This document shows positions 1 to 12,088 of a stretch of DNA of 64,000 nt, in pieces. A model generated the notes under the pieces. It did no database searches and was not told the DNA's origin. It saw only the letters and a list, made by a program, of their open reading frames with translations. Position 1 is the stretch's first letter, and each line of letters opens with the position of its first letter. Source of the stretch: Proteromonas lacertae. Its lineage: Eukaryota. Where the stretch lies: positions 248,001-312,000 of the forward strand of contig NGBS01000583.1 in the NCBI GenBank assembly GCA_002245135.1, given 5' to 3'. The translations under genes were made by a program, and so were the position numbers.

Positions 1-28
1 TATATAAAATCCCGCCATTACTTTATAG

Positions 29-1465
29 GATGGATTTAAACAAAAGTCTTTGAAAACGTCAAAAGAACAATGGATTGACATAATTGATGAATTATTTAAA
101 GCACAAAAGGCTGATTTCTTAATCAACATACCTGCTTATAAAGATATGGCTAAAATGTTGAGTCATAAGCAAATATCAGGTGATGAAGAAATGAATGAGA
201 TGTATCTTTGTGTATGTCATTTCATATTACTTTATGGACATTCAATTAACATCACTAAACAGTTTGTATATTTATACATTTATATATTCTGTGTATAGTT
301 AAGATTGTTAATACATATTACCAAGAAGAAATCATTCGTATGGTTAACTAACGAAAATAAACTAGCAAATCAATTTGAGAAATACTTCTATCCTTTATCA
401 TCTTCATTTGAAGTTAATATGTTAAATATGTATTTATTCTTACTAAGAACAGTCAAAGTAATGGGATTATATTGTAAAAAGGAAGATATGATCCAATACA
501 GCTTATACATTATGAAATTCCTACAAGATTCACACTTACCTTCAATAATAATGAATAATATTGAAATATCTAATGAATTATTGCCCAAAATAATACAATC
601 AAAGAGATGTATTGATGATCCAATAAGATATGCTAAATATATTACTACATTATCAATTATTGAGGTATTATTATCAATATCTCATTTTTTACCTGAGAAA
701 TATCGATTGAATGTCAATTCAAATCTCATAACTCAAAATGTTTATAATTCTATGCAATTAATTATTAATAATGTTGATTCAATGAAGAATAAAAGCAATC
801 CTAAACTGTTAGAAATATTGCATTATTTAATATCAATAATTTTAACAGGAACAAACAAATGTGATTGGTTGAATAGTGAAAATGACAAAAATAATTGGAC
901 GATATTGATAGTACAATTAGAAGTGTATTTAAGAAGTATTTATTTAAGTATTGATTCTAATGAAGAAGAGAGTAAAGAGATTTATGATTTATTATTACTG
1001 ACTGTAGCTTCAATTGATAATTATACACATCCAAAATATCATAATTTATTATTACAATCTTATTATGTAGATAGTGAAAATAAAGTGAGTAATAATGAAA
1101 AGAAAGACAGTGTATTGTATTTGGTGAGTATAACTGAGTTTATACAGAAGTATCTGAATGAAAATGAGTTAGATGATTTGATAATGAACAGAATTACCTA
1201 TAATCAAATGAATATTTATTCTAAAGAGATTATATTGATGAGTCATTATGTTATTATGTTATCTTTCTCACTCAAACTTAACCCTATATTACAGTTCCAC
1301 ATATTAAACGCATTAAAGGATCAATCAACTGTATTATTCCAGAAAGTATTGAAGCTATTCTTGGTAATACAGAAAGAATTAGCGTTGATAAACAAAAGTT
1401 TGGTAGATGGTGTGAAATTGAGTGTAAACGAATTACAAAACCTCATGAAGCCAACAAGTGTATAA
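29..1465 (+). CDS. Hypothetical helical protein, 5' end outside window; exons 29-265 and 299-1465
   Basis: Acceptor TATAG at 24-28; the 33-nt GTATAT..TAG intron 266-298 joins ORFs 50..298 and 305..1465 in frame; no recognisable motif. Confidence 0.6.
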
Positions 1466-2002
1466 TTAATATATAAACTATTTTCTATATATGTTTATGG
1501 TTTAAAATAAGATATTTTCTTGATAATGCATGATTAAATGAATCCATAGATGATATAGTATAAAAATGCAAAGCATTTGCAATAATAAACATATTTAAAT
1601 GTAATGGTAAATAATTCTCGTTAATAAAGAACGAATTTGAAGAAACACATAAACAGTTACATAGTTATAACATCTTACTTCTATTATATTATTGAGTATT
1701 TGTTCTGAGAATATTGAGAATTGTCTCAAATCTTAAGAATAAAAGAAGATGATGAAGAAATCTTACTAAGAAGATTCGAATCTTTAGGCTTGGCTTGGAA
1801 TAATTCCGTTTCAGAACTTAACAAGCTTTACCCCCTTCCAAAAATTTGAATTATATAGGAATTCTATACTGCAATTTTAAGCCCCAAAACCTTAAAGGTT
1901 TTTAAAAACCTCCAAAAAACATAGTGTTGAAGGGAAGTGATCCTACCCTTCCTATAAAGTGCTAACCTAATATTTATATCTTATCACTCAATTCTGGAAC
2001 AT

Positions 2003-3430
2003 ATGCCCAAGCAAAATAAGATAACGAATAAACCTGGTTTTTATAATCCCATCCACAGCAGAGATAAATCCCAGGTTATCAGATCTAAATTTGTTTCACA
2101 AAGTGTGTATGTCAATCCAGAGTCCAGGAAAGATAAGGTACAAATTTTAGCTAAAACCCGTAGAGCAAGAAGTGTTTCATACTCATCATACGAAGAAGCT
2201 ATGGGTATTTCCAAAAAGCCTGAAATAGTAAGTCCAGATAAGTCTCCAGTTACAATTCAATATCCCTTCCTAACTATAAGAGATGAATTTTCTATAAACT
2301 CTAATCCGTTAGATATTATTGTGAATAAGCTTATAGAATTTTTATTTCCTGATAATATCAATCCTTACTCAAATGAGAGATATCATTTCGATGAACTATT
2401 TTCAGTCAAGCAAGTATTGTACCACACAGTCAAAAAACAATCTGCATGGAATACTATATGTTTACATCCTCCTCCAACTGTAGTAAAAGAAATAATTGAT
2501 GAAAAATTCATATATTGTTTAATTGATGGTTTAAGATTTGAGTATTGTATAGAATTATCACCACGTTTACAAATCATAATGTCATTGGATCAGAAAGTAG
2601 AAAAATACCGAAATCTCATCCTCCATGATTTATACGAGATATGTTATGAATATATCCAAAATGAAAATGAATATTATGAAAATGATGATAATTATAAGAA
2701 TAAGAATAAATATTACTATGAACAGTCATATGTTCAGTTATTGAGAAGTAGTAACAGTTGTAAAGGTGATAGTAGTTTATTAGTCGCATTATATCAATAC
2801 TATGTAAATCAAGCTAAAATAGAAGTTGATAAAATCAAAGATAATAATAATGAAATAATGATGAAGATTATACCAAAATTATCACCTAATTTGAAGGAAT
2901 ACATATTCAAATTATTAAACCAATTGATATTGTTTTTAAAGTCAAATGATATAGTAGAAAGAAACTTTGCTTTATTTACAGAATTAATAAAAGAAATATG
3001 TTCGTTTCACCCCATGTTTGTGCCAAAATTATTGAACAAAATGATATTGTATTGGCCACATTCAAATAGTCAGAAACAGTATATTTATATGGAATTATTA
3101 TTAATTATTCTACCTATTTATGAAAAACCTATCACTCACCATCCTGATTTTCAACTTGCATTACATAAAATCTTTACTAAGTTATCAAATATATTAGAAA
3201 CACCTCATGTATATTTATATTTATATATTATAATATTATTATAGAGATATAATGTGGAAGAATGTTTAAGATTAGTAGATAACAGTAAGATTTACACTCA
3301 TTGTATATCAACAAATCAACATTTCTATGATATGTTACAAGAATCATTATGTGTATCAACTGATCATTGGAATGGTGAAATACGTGAACTAGCCACTTCT
3401 CAATTCAATAAATTTTTAGAATTAGAATAA
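2003..3430 (+). CDS. Divergent PP2A B56 (B') regulatory subunit-like protein
   Basis: LLNKMILYWPHSNSQKQYIYMELL, ETPH-RYNVEECL and DHWNGEIRELA resemble the B56 LLKYWP..S.KE, PHFQVAERAL and HWN..I..L motifs; 36-nt intron 3209-3244; stop TAA at 3428-3430. Confidence 0.6.
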
Positions 3431-3714
3431 TATTATTATGCAAGAGTAATTTATGTGTCTTCTTTACTTGTGTAAATTCATTTATTTTTTGTTTATTGGG
3501 TTTATAGAGTAGATATTAAAAATCAAAATATTCAGTTGAAACGGATTAATATTTTGAAACTTCAAAATATTTAAAATCATGTTTTGATTGGATACTAATC
3601 AAAAATAACTCAGATAACCAATAAGAATAACAATTAGAGTATAAAGAATAGTTTAATTGGATATTTTCAAAATAGTTTGAAAGATCTTCTTTGAATTAAG
3701 TAATTTTCATAAAA

Positions 3715-5055
3715 ATGCGATTTGAGATAAAGAAATCAGTAATTTGTTTATTATTGATGAATTATTTGATGGCTGCTTCATGTCCAAACATGTGTAGTGG
3801 TCATGGAAGTTGTGGTAAAGGAGGAGTTTGTAGTTGTTTCCCAGGGTGGTTAGAAGGTGATTGCAGTAGCAGTATATTAATAAAAATGATAATATTTGAA
3901 TAGGAAGCTGTCCTTATGGTCATAGTTATGTTGATCCAACTCAAATACCTGGTGCATATGGAACATTAGAGAAACGTGCAAGTTTAGAATGTAGTGGACA
4001 AGGTAGTTGTGACAGAACAAGTGGTGTTTGTAAATGTTTTGGTGGTTTTGAAGGAGTAAGTTGTGACAGATTAAGTTGTCCAAACAACTGTAATGGTCAT
4101 GGAGTTTGTACATCTGTAAAGATGTTAGGATTGAATGAAGACAGTCACAGTGGAAGTTTCTATGAGAATGATTTAAGTCAGAATTAATAAAGATAAACCT
4201 CAAAAGAGTAATTATGATGGTTGGGATGCTGATAATAGTTATGTTTGTGTTTGTGATGGAGAATATCGTGGATTTGACTGTAGTGAAAAGAAATGTCCAA
4301 GTGGTTATGTAGAGAACAGTGATTGTGATAGTCCATCCAAATCAACTCAAACTATTACAGTTAAACAAGCTACACCAACTGCAGGAGCTAATACAATCAC
4401 ATCAAAAGACTGTATGGCTTATTTAGAATATACAGATCAATTCAATCGAATTTGGTATAGTGATGCATTTTGTGTAACATGTAAGAATAAAGGTGATACA
4501 ACAACACAAAATGGAGGTAAATGTGGAACAACAGCAAATGGTAATAAGTTAATACTTGGTTGGGAAGAAGCATTATTGAGTTTACCAGTTGGTGTAATTG
4601 ATGTAAGTGCAAATGATATTAAAGTGACAGTAGATTCTGCTAATGCTCCTGTAACTGTTACAACAAGTATAACATTTGGAAATCAACAAACAGGCAAACA
4701 AAATCCAATCAGAATTATCACATCTAAAGAATTAGATGGAAAAACTCCAAATGAAGAATGGTGTGGTGATTGTGGAAGTGGATATCATGGAATGACAAAT
4801 GATCAATTGAAATTAAAAGTTAATACTGATAAAATAGAAAATCCAACTACTACTGAAACAACCGCAAATTCTGATGGTGTTTATTTACCATTAATAGCTG
4901 ATACAACTACTCCATCCCCAATAGTAGCTACAGTAGATGGAATTCCTCCATTAGAATGTAGTAGAAATGGCTTATGTGATAGAACAACAGGAACATGCAC
5001 TTGTTTCGAAGGATATTATGGAATAGCTTGTACAGAACAAGCATCAATGTTATAA
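3715..5055 (+). CDS. Secreted Cys-rich EGF/tenascin-repeat protein, mastigoneme (Sig1/Ocm1)-like, copy 1
   Basis: Signal-like N-terminus; CPNMCSGHGSC..C.CFPGW..GDCS, ECSGQGSCDRTSGVCKCF, YDGWDA..CVCD..GFDCSEKKCP, terminal ECSRNGLCDRTTGTCTCFEGYYGIAC; intron 3872-3903; one +1 frame break near 4180. Confidence 0.75.
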
Positions 5056-5157
5056 AGCAACATTAATATTCCATAAATAGTGAATTTCTATCACTGATAT
5101 ATTGTATTTGTTTTGTTTTTCAATTCACAAATAATCATAAAAAATAAAAATAATAAA

Positions 5158-8100
5158 TTATTTCTTTTTGGATAATGTTCTTTGTTTCTCAGCATCTTGG
5201 ATTATTTTTCTATCACTTAATAATCCTTTTCGAATCTTCACTTCATCTACCAATATTTTAGCTAAATTCTTTTCACCATATTCACATCCATATTCTTCTA
5301 TATCTTCTTCAGAGGTTGGTTTAAAATAAGGATCTATATCTAATATTTCCCAATGATCAAATAATAGTTGAGGATGACTTGCACCTCCACTTGTAGCATC
5401 TATCAATGCAGTTGCTAAGCCAAATGATTCATTCATTGGAATTAATGCACTTATATTAAAGATATTTGTTCCTTCCCAAATATCTTCACTAATCACTTTA
5501 CCTCGCTTCTTATTTATCACTCCATATAATTTACCCAATTCATCAGCATTACATTGTAATTCACATTTTAAATATCTTTCTACTAATCGATTTGAACAGT
5601 TTAGAAAGGCATTTCGACAACATTCTTTACTTCGACTGATTATTTGACCAGATAAACTTCCATAACTATCAATATTATTATTATTACTCATTTCAGCTTG
5701 AACAAACTGAAACACAAGGAGATAATGGATTTGTATTTGTATTTACATTATTATCAATTTGATGGATAATAAACCAATTTCATCATCATCTTTATTATTT
5801 TCTTTTATATAAGTAGAAGAAGGATCAATCAACTCTTCTAACACAAAACATACTCCCCACATTGGCTCTTCACATAATGGACCATTCAAACAAGCTATCT
5901 GAAATCCATCAATTATTGAACTTATGTATTTTTCTAATAAATAATTATTTAAATCATTTAATTCGACTTTCTCTGTTTTCATTAGATTATTATTCCAAAT
6001 ATTTATATTTCTTTCATCAGTCTTATTTATTAAGATATTTGGACCTATTCGTTTTGGACCAAATGATAAAATTGAATTAAATTCGTCTAAATAACTGTTC
6101 TTTTCAAATTCTTTCTTTCAATTCTAAATAATAGGCATTTTCTTTTATATCTATCAATTTATCAACATTCAATAATAGATTACTTAATTCATTCTCATGA
6201 TTTTGTAAATATAATGTTAATAAACGAGGAATTGGTAAAGCTCGAATACTCATTTTCAATCGCTTATTCGCTGTTGTTATACTCACTGCATTAGGAATTC
6301 GTTTCTTTTCACTTTCTTTTAAGGCTGGTAATAATTCAACAGTTTCCATATAATTCACAATTGGAGGAGATACTATTAATTCGATTGGAGCATATTTTTC
6401 TTCTAAATCTTTTAAACATCTCTCTAAATGAACTTCACCAACACAATCGAATTATATATTCACCACTTGATTGCATTTCTACTTCCACACATCCATCACT
6501 TCGTTCTAATAGTTTTAAACCATTCTTTAATATCCATAAATCATCAATTGATTTAGGTTCGATTGATACACTGATTATTGGAGATATCTATTATTATTAA
6601 ATTTATAATTTATATACTCTTAATTTTGGATTTGATAATGGAGGACAATCTAATATACTACATATTGTACCACTTTTCATTATGTAATTACTTAATCCAA
6701 TTATTCCTACCATATTTCCACTCATTACTTTATCTATTACAACTAAATCTTTTCCCATCATTGTGTATAAATGGAAATCATTTTCAATCAATTTATAACA
6801 CTCTTCATTTGGTTCTAAAGGATTATATTTTGCGTATATTACATATAATTTAGATTTTTCTGTTAATATTCCACTAAATACTCGAGCAAAAGCAACATAA
6901 CATTCATCATCACCGCTATAATCACTTTCATTTGGAGGTAATCTTGGTAAACCTTTTACTGGAGTTGTAAATATTTTAGAGACATACACTATAACTGGAT
7001 CATCTTCACTATTTGCACTATTACACATTGAATTGTAAGCAACTTTACATTTTTCATTATTCAATACTTCCTTTGGCCACATTACTTGGATTTTATCTTT
7101 CATTGAATTTAATGGACAGGGAATGTGTTTTATTATACAATGTAATATTGTATCACTTAGAGGTAACCATCTTCGAAATATATTACTGATTTTACTTTTG
7201 ATTTCTGTACAATTCAACTCTTTATCTGGAACTTCGACTTTGTATTTCCTTAAATAATCTTTTAGTTTTGGATCATTGTCTGAACATAATGAATACATGT
7301 TCCAGATTGGAGTTAATATTAATTTTACAAATGCAGGTAATATTGCACTTTTATCTGTTAATTTTACAAATTTCTTTGTGGTGTTATTATATCCGTAATT
7401 TCCCCATAAAACATGTCTTAAATAACTCGGTTTTTGATTGAATATTTCTGAATAAAATGATGCAAAATGACCTAAAGAGAATGCCCAACCATCAATTGCA
7501 CTTGAAAATATTATATTACATTTCGATGGACTGAAAAATAAATCAGTTTCATCATTTTCAGATAGAATTTCATCTTTTTTAAAACTTTCAGCACTCATTA
7601 AACTACTGATTATTGCATTTGCACTTTCTATTATTTGTCTACAATGATCATATGCTTCTTGTGGTGATAATTTCAATTCCTGTTATTAGTCCTATCCATT
7701 TTATTTAATACTAAAACTGGTTTGATATTTTCATTCCAAGCTTGATGAAAAACTGATTGTGTTTGACTTCTTATTCCTTCAACAACATCGATTAATATAA
7801 TAGCACCGTCACACATTCTCACAGCAGTAGATACATCACTTGAAAAATCTATATGTCCTGGAGAATCAACTATATTTATTAGATATTCAGCTTTTTCTTC
7901 TGGCTTTTCTTTATTGGGTATATCTTGATAGTATATTGATATGGCACTTGATTTCATTGTAATTCCTCTAATCTGCTCTTCTTTTCTATAAATTGTAAAT
8001 ATTTTAGATATACAAACTATCCTAAATATCTTACTTTAGCCTGCTAATCTTTGAGTAACAATACCATTTGAACTTAAAATATTATCAGCAAAACTATTTC

Positions 8101-8217
8101 ATTAATTAACAAAATATACGTAGTTTTCCCATGATCAACATGTGCCAAAATACAAACATTTCTTATATTCTCTTGCTTGTTTTGAAGCGAATCGTATATA
8201 CGCAGATTTAAAGGCAT
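5158..8217 (-). CDS. EFL1: Elongation factor-like GTPase 1 (EFL1/Ria1, 60S maturation); apparently frameshifted
   Basis: [72 protein letters not shown] and C-terminal [11 protein letters not shown]; several small introns and single-base insertions. Confidence 0.9.
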
Positions 8218-8340
8218 GATTAAAAAAGCTTGACACTGTGTTTGAAGTAAAAATGTAAACTTGTTTTACTCATTTGTTAAATAATAAAGAGAAATATAAA
8301 AATTGTTAAATAATTTGATTACGAATATACAATAATAAAA

Positions 8341-9513
8341 TCAAGATAAATATTTCAGAAAATAATTACAAACATAATAAATATGAAAAAATTAACAAAA
8401 TCATTTTTAATTACACAGATATCGTGCTGTGAGGTAATTGATTCATTAATAGCCACATTTTCATGTGGTATTTCACTCAAGAAAGATTCAATTTCTAAAA
8501 TTTGAATAGATTAAGATGTCATATAATTATACCATCATATGATGAATGTAAACTATATGGAAATGGTTTAATCAATGGATTTGATCTATTCGATAATCCA
8601 CTTATATCAATTCCATAAGTTGGTTGAGTTTTGTTCAATTCTGTAATATAATCATTCTTTAATTTTCTATAGAACATATAAACATAAAAAATACAATCTA
8701 TCAATAATACGAATATTAGTTGTAGATAGATCAGTTGTAAAATATTCATCAATACATAATGATTTATATATTTCATATCTTCTATTATCAACACCAATTT
8801 TTATATTCAAATTTTGAGATAAATAAATATATAATTCTTCTTTACCTATTAAATAACCTCCAAGCACAAACTATACATCATATTTATATATATATATTAT
8901 AATATAATACATAATGACTTGGATGGTTAATTATGAAATTGAATATTTCTTCAGCAACAATTGATTTACTTGGAAATTTATAATTTTCGTTATAAAAAGT
9001 TGCATCACAATAACTATTATGCAATTATAAACACAATATACATAGTTTTAATTGGACTTTGTATATTCTTATTTATGTTTTGAATTAGTGATTTTGTATA
9101 TCTAAAATCAGCAGTATATAAATAAGATCCAAATGATCCTGTTATTAAGAACATAACTCCACCTATACAGTGTTCTGCATGAATAGCTACTATATTTATT
9201 GTTTCATTAGGAAGGTTCACCATAAATGGTTCATTTACATTAATAATTATCTATTATTTATGTTTTAAATTTGAATATACAAATAAGCCATCATTTAAGC
9301 TAAATAATTTCTGTATTACAATCTTTGTAATGTATGTACAATAAATATTTCCTTTATTCCACTTTGAATTCAATCCAGTCAAATGATCTGAATGAGCATG
9401 TGATAATAGAAACACAGGGTTCTTTTCTTCTATAGCCAAGTGTATACAATATATTTAATACTCTTTGAACAACTAAATTTGTCTAGATGAAGAGGTAAAG
9501 TCAAAAATTGCAT
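8341..9513 (-). CDS. Metallo-beta-lactamase/beta-CASP nuclease, SNM1/Apollo/Artemis (DCLRE1) family
   Basis: FLLSHAHSDHLTGL, HAEHCIGGVMFL, YLYTADFRY, YCDATF and PYSLHSSYDE motifs across about 6 small introns; 3' end uncertain. Confidence 0.85.
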
Positions 9514-9601
9514 ATTTCAAAAATATATTCGTTTTATTGAAGATAGATTTTTGAAAATCTCGTTATATCAAGTAATTTTTATCGATATTAGATTGTTAAA
9601 C

Positions 9602-10294
9602 ATGTCTAATTCATTTGATTGGTCCGAAAAAATTAAAAATTTAGCAGATAAAGGATGATCTATTACTTCTCTTGTCAAATAATAAAGAAAGAGAAAACTT
9701 ACAGAGACTTATAGAAAATAAAGATAAAAATAGGCAGGTTACAACTAATGATGCAAAGAATTTATGTATAATACTAAATTGTCTTTCTTCACCTCTTGTA
9801 CTACCTGATAATGTATTTAATGAATGTTTTATATGTTATAGAAAGTTATTAATAATTGTAATACATCAGTTCAAAGTGGTAGGAGACAATCAAGTCGAAA
9901 TTGTTTAATGAACTGGAAGCTGATCTAAAATATATAAAAAATATGTATAAATAAATTCAATATATTATAACTAGACAATTGAAAAACAATAAAACAAATG
10001 AAATAACAAGTGAAAAAGAAACAAATACATTATTAAATAGTATTAATTGTTTTGTGTGGGTTAAAGATGTAACTGTAACTAAATGTACATCTTGTAATAA
10101 AGATTTTGGAATGTTTAATAGAAAACAGTATTTATATTCTCTTTTTATTCAATAGTCATTGTAGAAATTGTGGAAAGATATATTGTTCAGATTGTTCATC
10201 AAATAAAACATCTATAAAAGGGTATACTGAGGAAGTAAGAGTGTGTAATGAATGCTTTCAACACTTACAAGGAGGAACAAATGTTAATTCATAA
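9602..10294 (+). CDS. FYVE zinc-finger protein, tandem paralog 1
   Basis: WVKD..VTKCTSCNKDFGMFNRKH|HCRNCGKIYCSDCS..VRVCNEC after removing intron 10128-10155; frame breaks near 9653 and 9850-9900. Confidence 0.8.
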
Positions 10295-10586
10295 GTAAAA
10301 AAGAAAAGAATGTTAGTAGTAGTATAGGATGTATATATCATGTAATATGTGTTTTTTTCTTAACTTATTTATATTATTTTTAACAATATTATGTTCTATA
10401 TTCTTTTGTTTTATTCATGTTGATGTATGTGTACTGTTAGAATGTATCAGTAATAAGAAATTGATGTTAATAATCAACAAATAAGAAGAATTAAAAAACA
10501 CAAAAATCTATCTAAAAATCTTGTTTTTCTCAATTCCTTTATTTATTTAAATCATTATTTTTGTTTTATATAACATTTATCATTAA

Positions 10587-11199
10587 ATGTCATCCAGTTC
10601 AACAGTTGAATGGAGTAAAGAACTCTCAAATCTTACAGATAAAACAAATCCTAATAATAATGTAAACAACCCTTCATATATAAATAAAATTTATAATATA
10701 TCATCCAAAATACCATCAAATATACAATTTAGTCAAGATGACGCCAATAATGTGTGTTCTCTAATATTAACACTATTAAATAGTGTTAATCAAGAATATA
10801 ATGTATATAAATAGATAATCTAATTTATATTTAGATAGAGACACAAAATCAAAACACAATCGATTTAATTAGTAACGAATAATTCTGATTTACAATCTGA
10901 AATATCTCAAACACTCGATGAAATTAAAAATTTGAAGTGTTCCGAGGTAAAAAGTTCAAATGATTATAGAGATATAGAGACAAACACAGAATTATCATCA
11001 GATAACTCAATTATATGGATAAGAGATGAAGCAGTTAGTGAATGCCAACTGTGTAAATCGCAATTTAGCTTTATAAATAGAAGGCATCATTGTAGAATAT
11101 GTGGTAATATATTTTGTGGTAAATGTTGTTCTATAAGAAAAACTTGTGATTGGATATGATGAACTCCAGAGAGTTTGTAATGAATGTAACCAAATGTAA
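10587..11199 (+). CDS. FYVE zinc-finger protein, tandem paralog 2
   Basis: WIRD..VSECQLCKSQFSFINRRHHCRICGNIFCGKCC; removing one A from the run near 11140 gives RKLVIGYDELQRVCNECNQM*; N-terminus resembles paralog 1 (EWSKELSNLTDK vs DWSEKIKNLADK). Confidence 0.8.
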
Positions 11200-11233
11200 A
11201 TGAATAATTAAATATGTAAAAAATTATAATAAA

Positions 11234-11790
11234 TTATTTATAGGGTAGAAATGTAAATACTATAACAACTAAAGCAATAACATAGATAAGAAAATTGCAA
11301 AATTTATCCCAACATTTCTGACTCTGTGTCAGATTCTCTGGCATTTTTGAGTGTATCTAATGTATAACAAAAGATATTCATACTAGACTAAGCGCAAACA
11401 AAGAAGGAAACAAAGCCATTTCTTCATCATCTTCATCACCTTGATTTTCATGTCTCCTTGAAGTTCTAGAATCATCACCTGTGAAAATTGGCACTAACTT
11501 TCGTTTAGATATGTTACTTCTACAAACTGGACATTGTGTATTATTTCTATTCAACCACTACAAAGAATAAGTGATTTTGTTTATTATACTTCCCTGATGC
11601 AATTCTTACTAATTAATAAAATATACTACAAATACCAAAACAAATGACCACACATAGATACAACAGGCTGAGTTGGCTAAAAAATATCACAAACAATAAC
11701 ATTAAATACGTTGTCAAAACACACATTACATGTAAGTGGCTCTTTTTGTTCAGTCTATAAAGTTATACACACGATTTAGCTTACAGTCAT
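11234..11790 (-). CDS. Tail-anchored C3HC4 RING E3 ligase, RNF5/RNF185/RMA-like (absent from ORF track)
   Basis: Five small GT-AG introns; spliced product CNVCFDN-PTQPVVSMCGHLFC-KNCIRE-WLNRNNTQCPVCRS..LVPIF plus a hydrophobic C-terminal tail (one frame break before the tail). Confidence 0.8.
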
Positions 11791-12088
11791 GATGAAAAAT
11801 GAAAAAAAAGAAAAAAATATAAAATTTTGCTTCTTCTTTATTTTATGTTAATAAAGTTTAATAATGGTTAATGATGTAAAAATAATGTCAATTTAGCATA
11901 CATTGAGAAGGATTCAAAAATCATAATTCTTTGTATTAATCCACTTTTCGTTATGTGCATTTAAAATATAGGTCTATGGTGATATTATTTTCAATTAGAA
12001 TTGGTGTAATTACGAGAAGGTATTATAAAACATTTGAAAAGATTTTGGGTCGAGCTTACAACAAACCATTAAACCCTCTATTTTCAAA

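Noticed and set aside
1600..1850. Possible small gene in the first intergenic gap (ILRIKEDDEEILLRRFESLGLAWNNS..)
   Set aside because: I could not build a consistent start and splice path, and there is no recognisable motif.
5158..8217. EFL1 as a true pseudogene
   Set aside because: Motifs are well conserved and the lesions I resolved are single-base insertions, which fits assembly error better than decay.
4177..9660. Euplotes-like programmed +1 frameshifting at stop codons
   Set aside because: Some breaks abut stops (AAT TAA, GGC TAA), but others need a base removed before the stop to restore conserved residues (YLDS, DRLITEL). Early stops are expected in AT-rich DNA.
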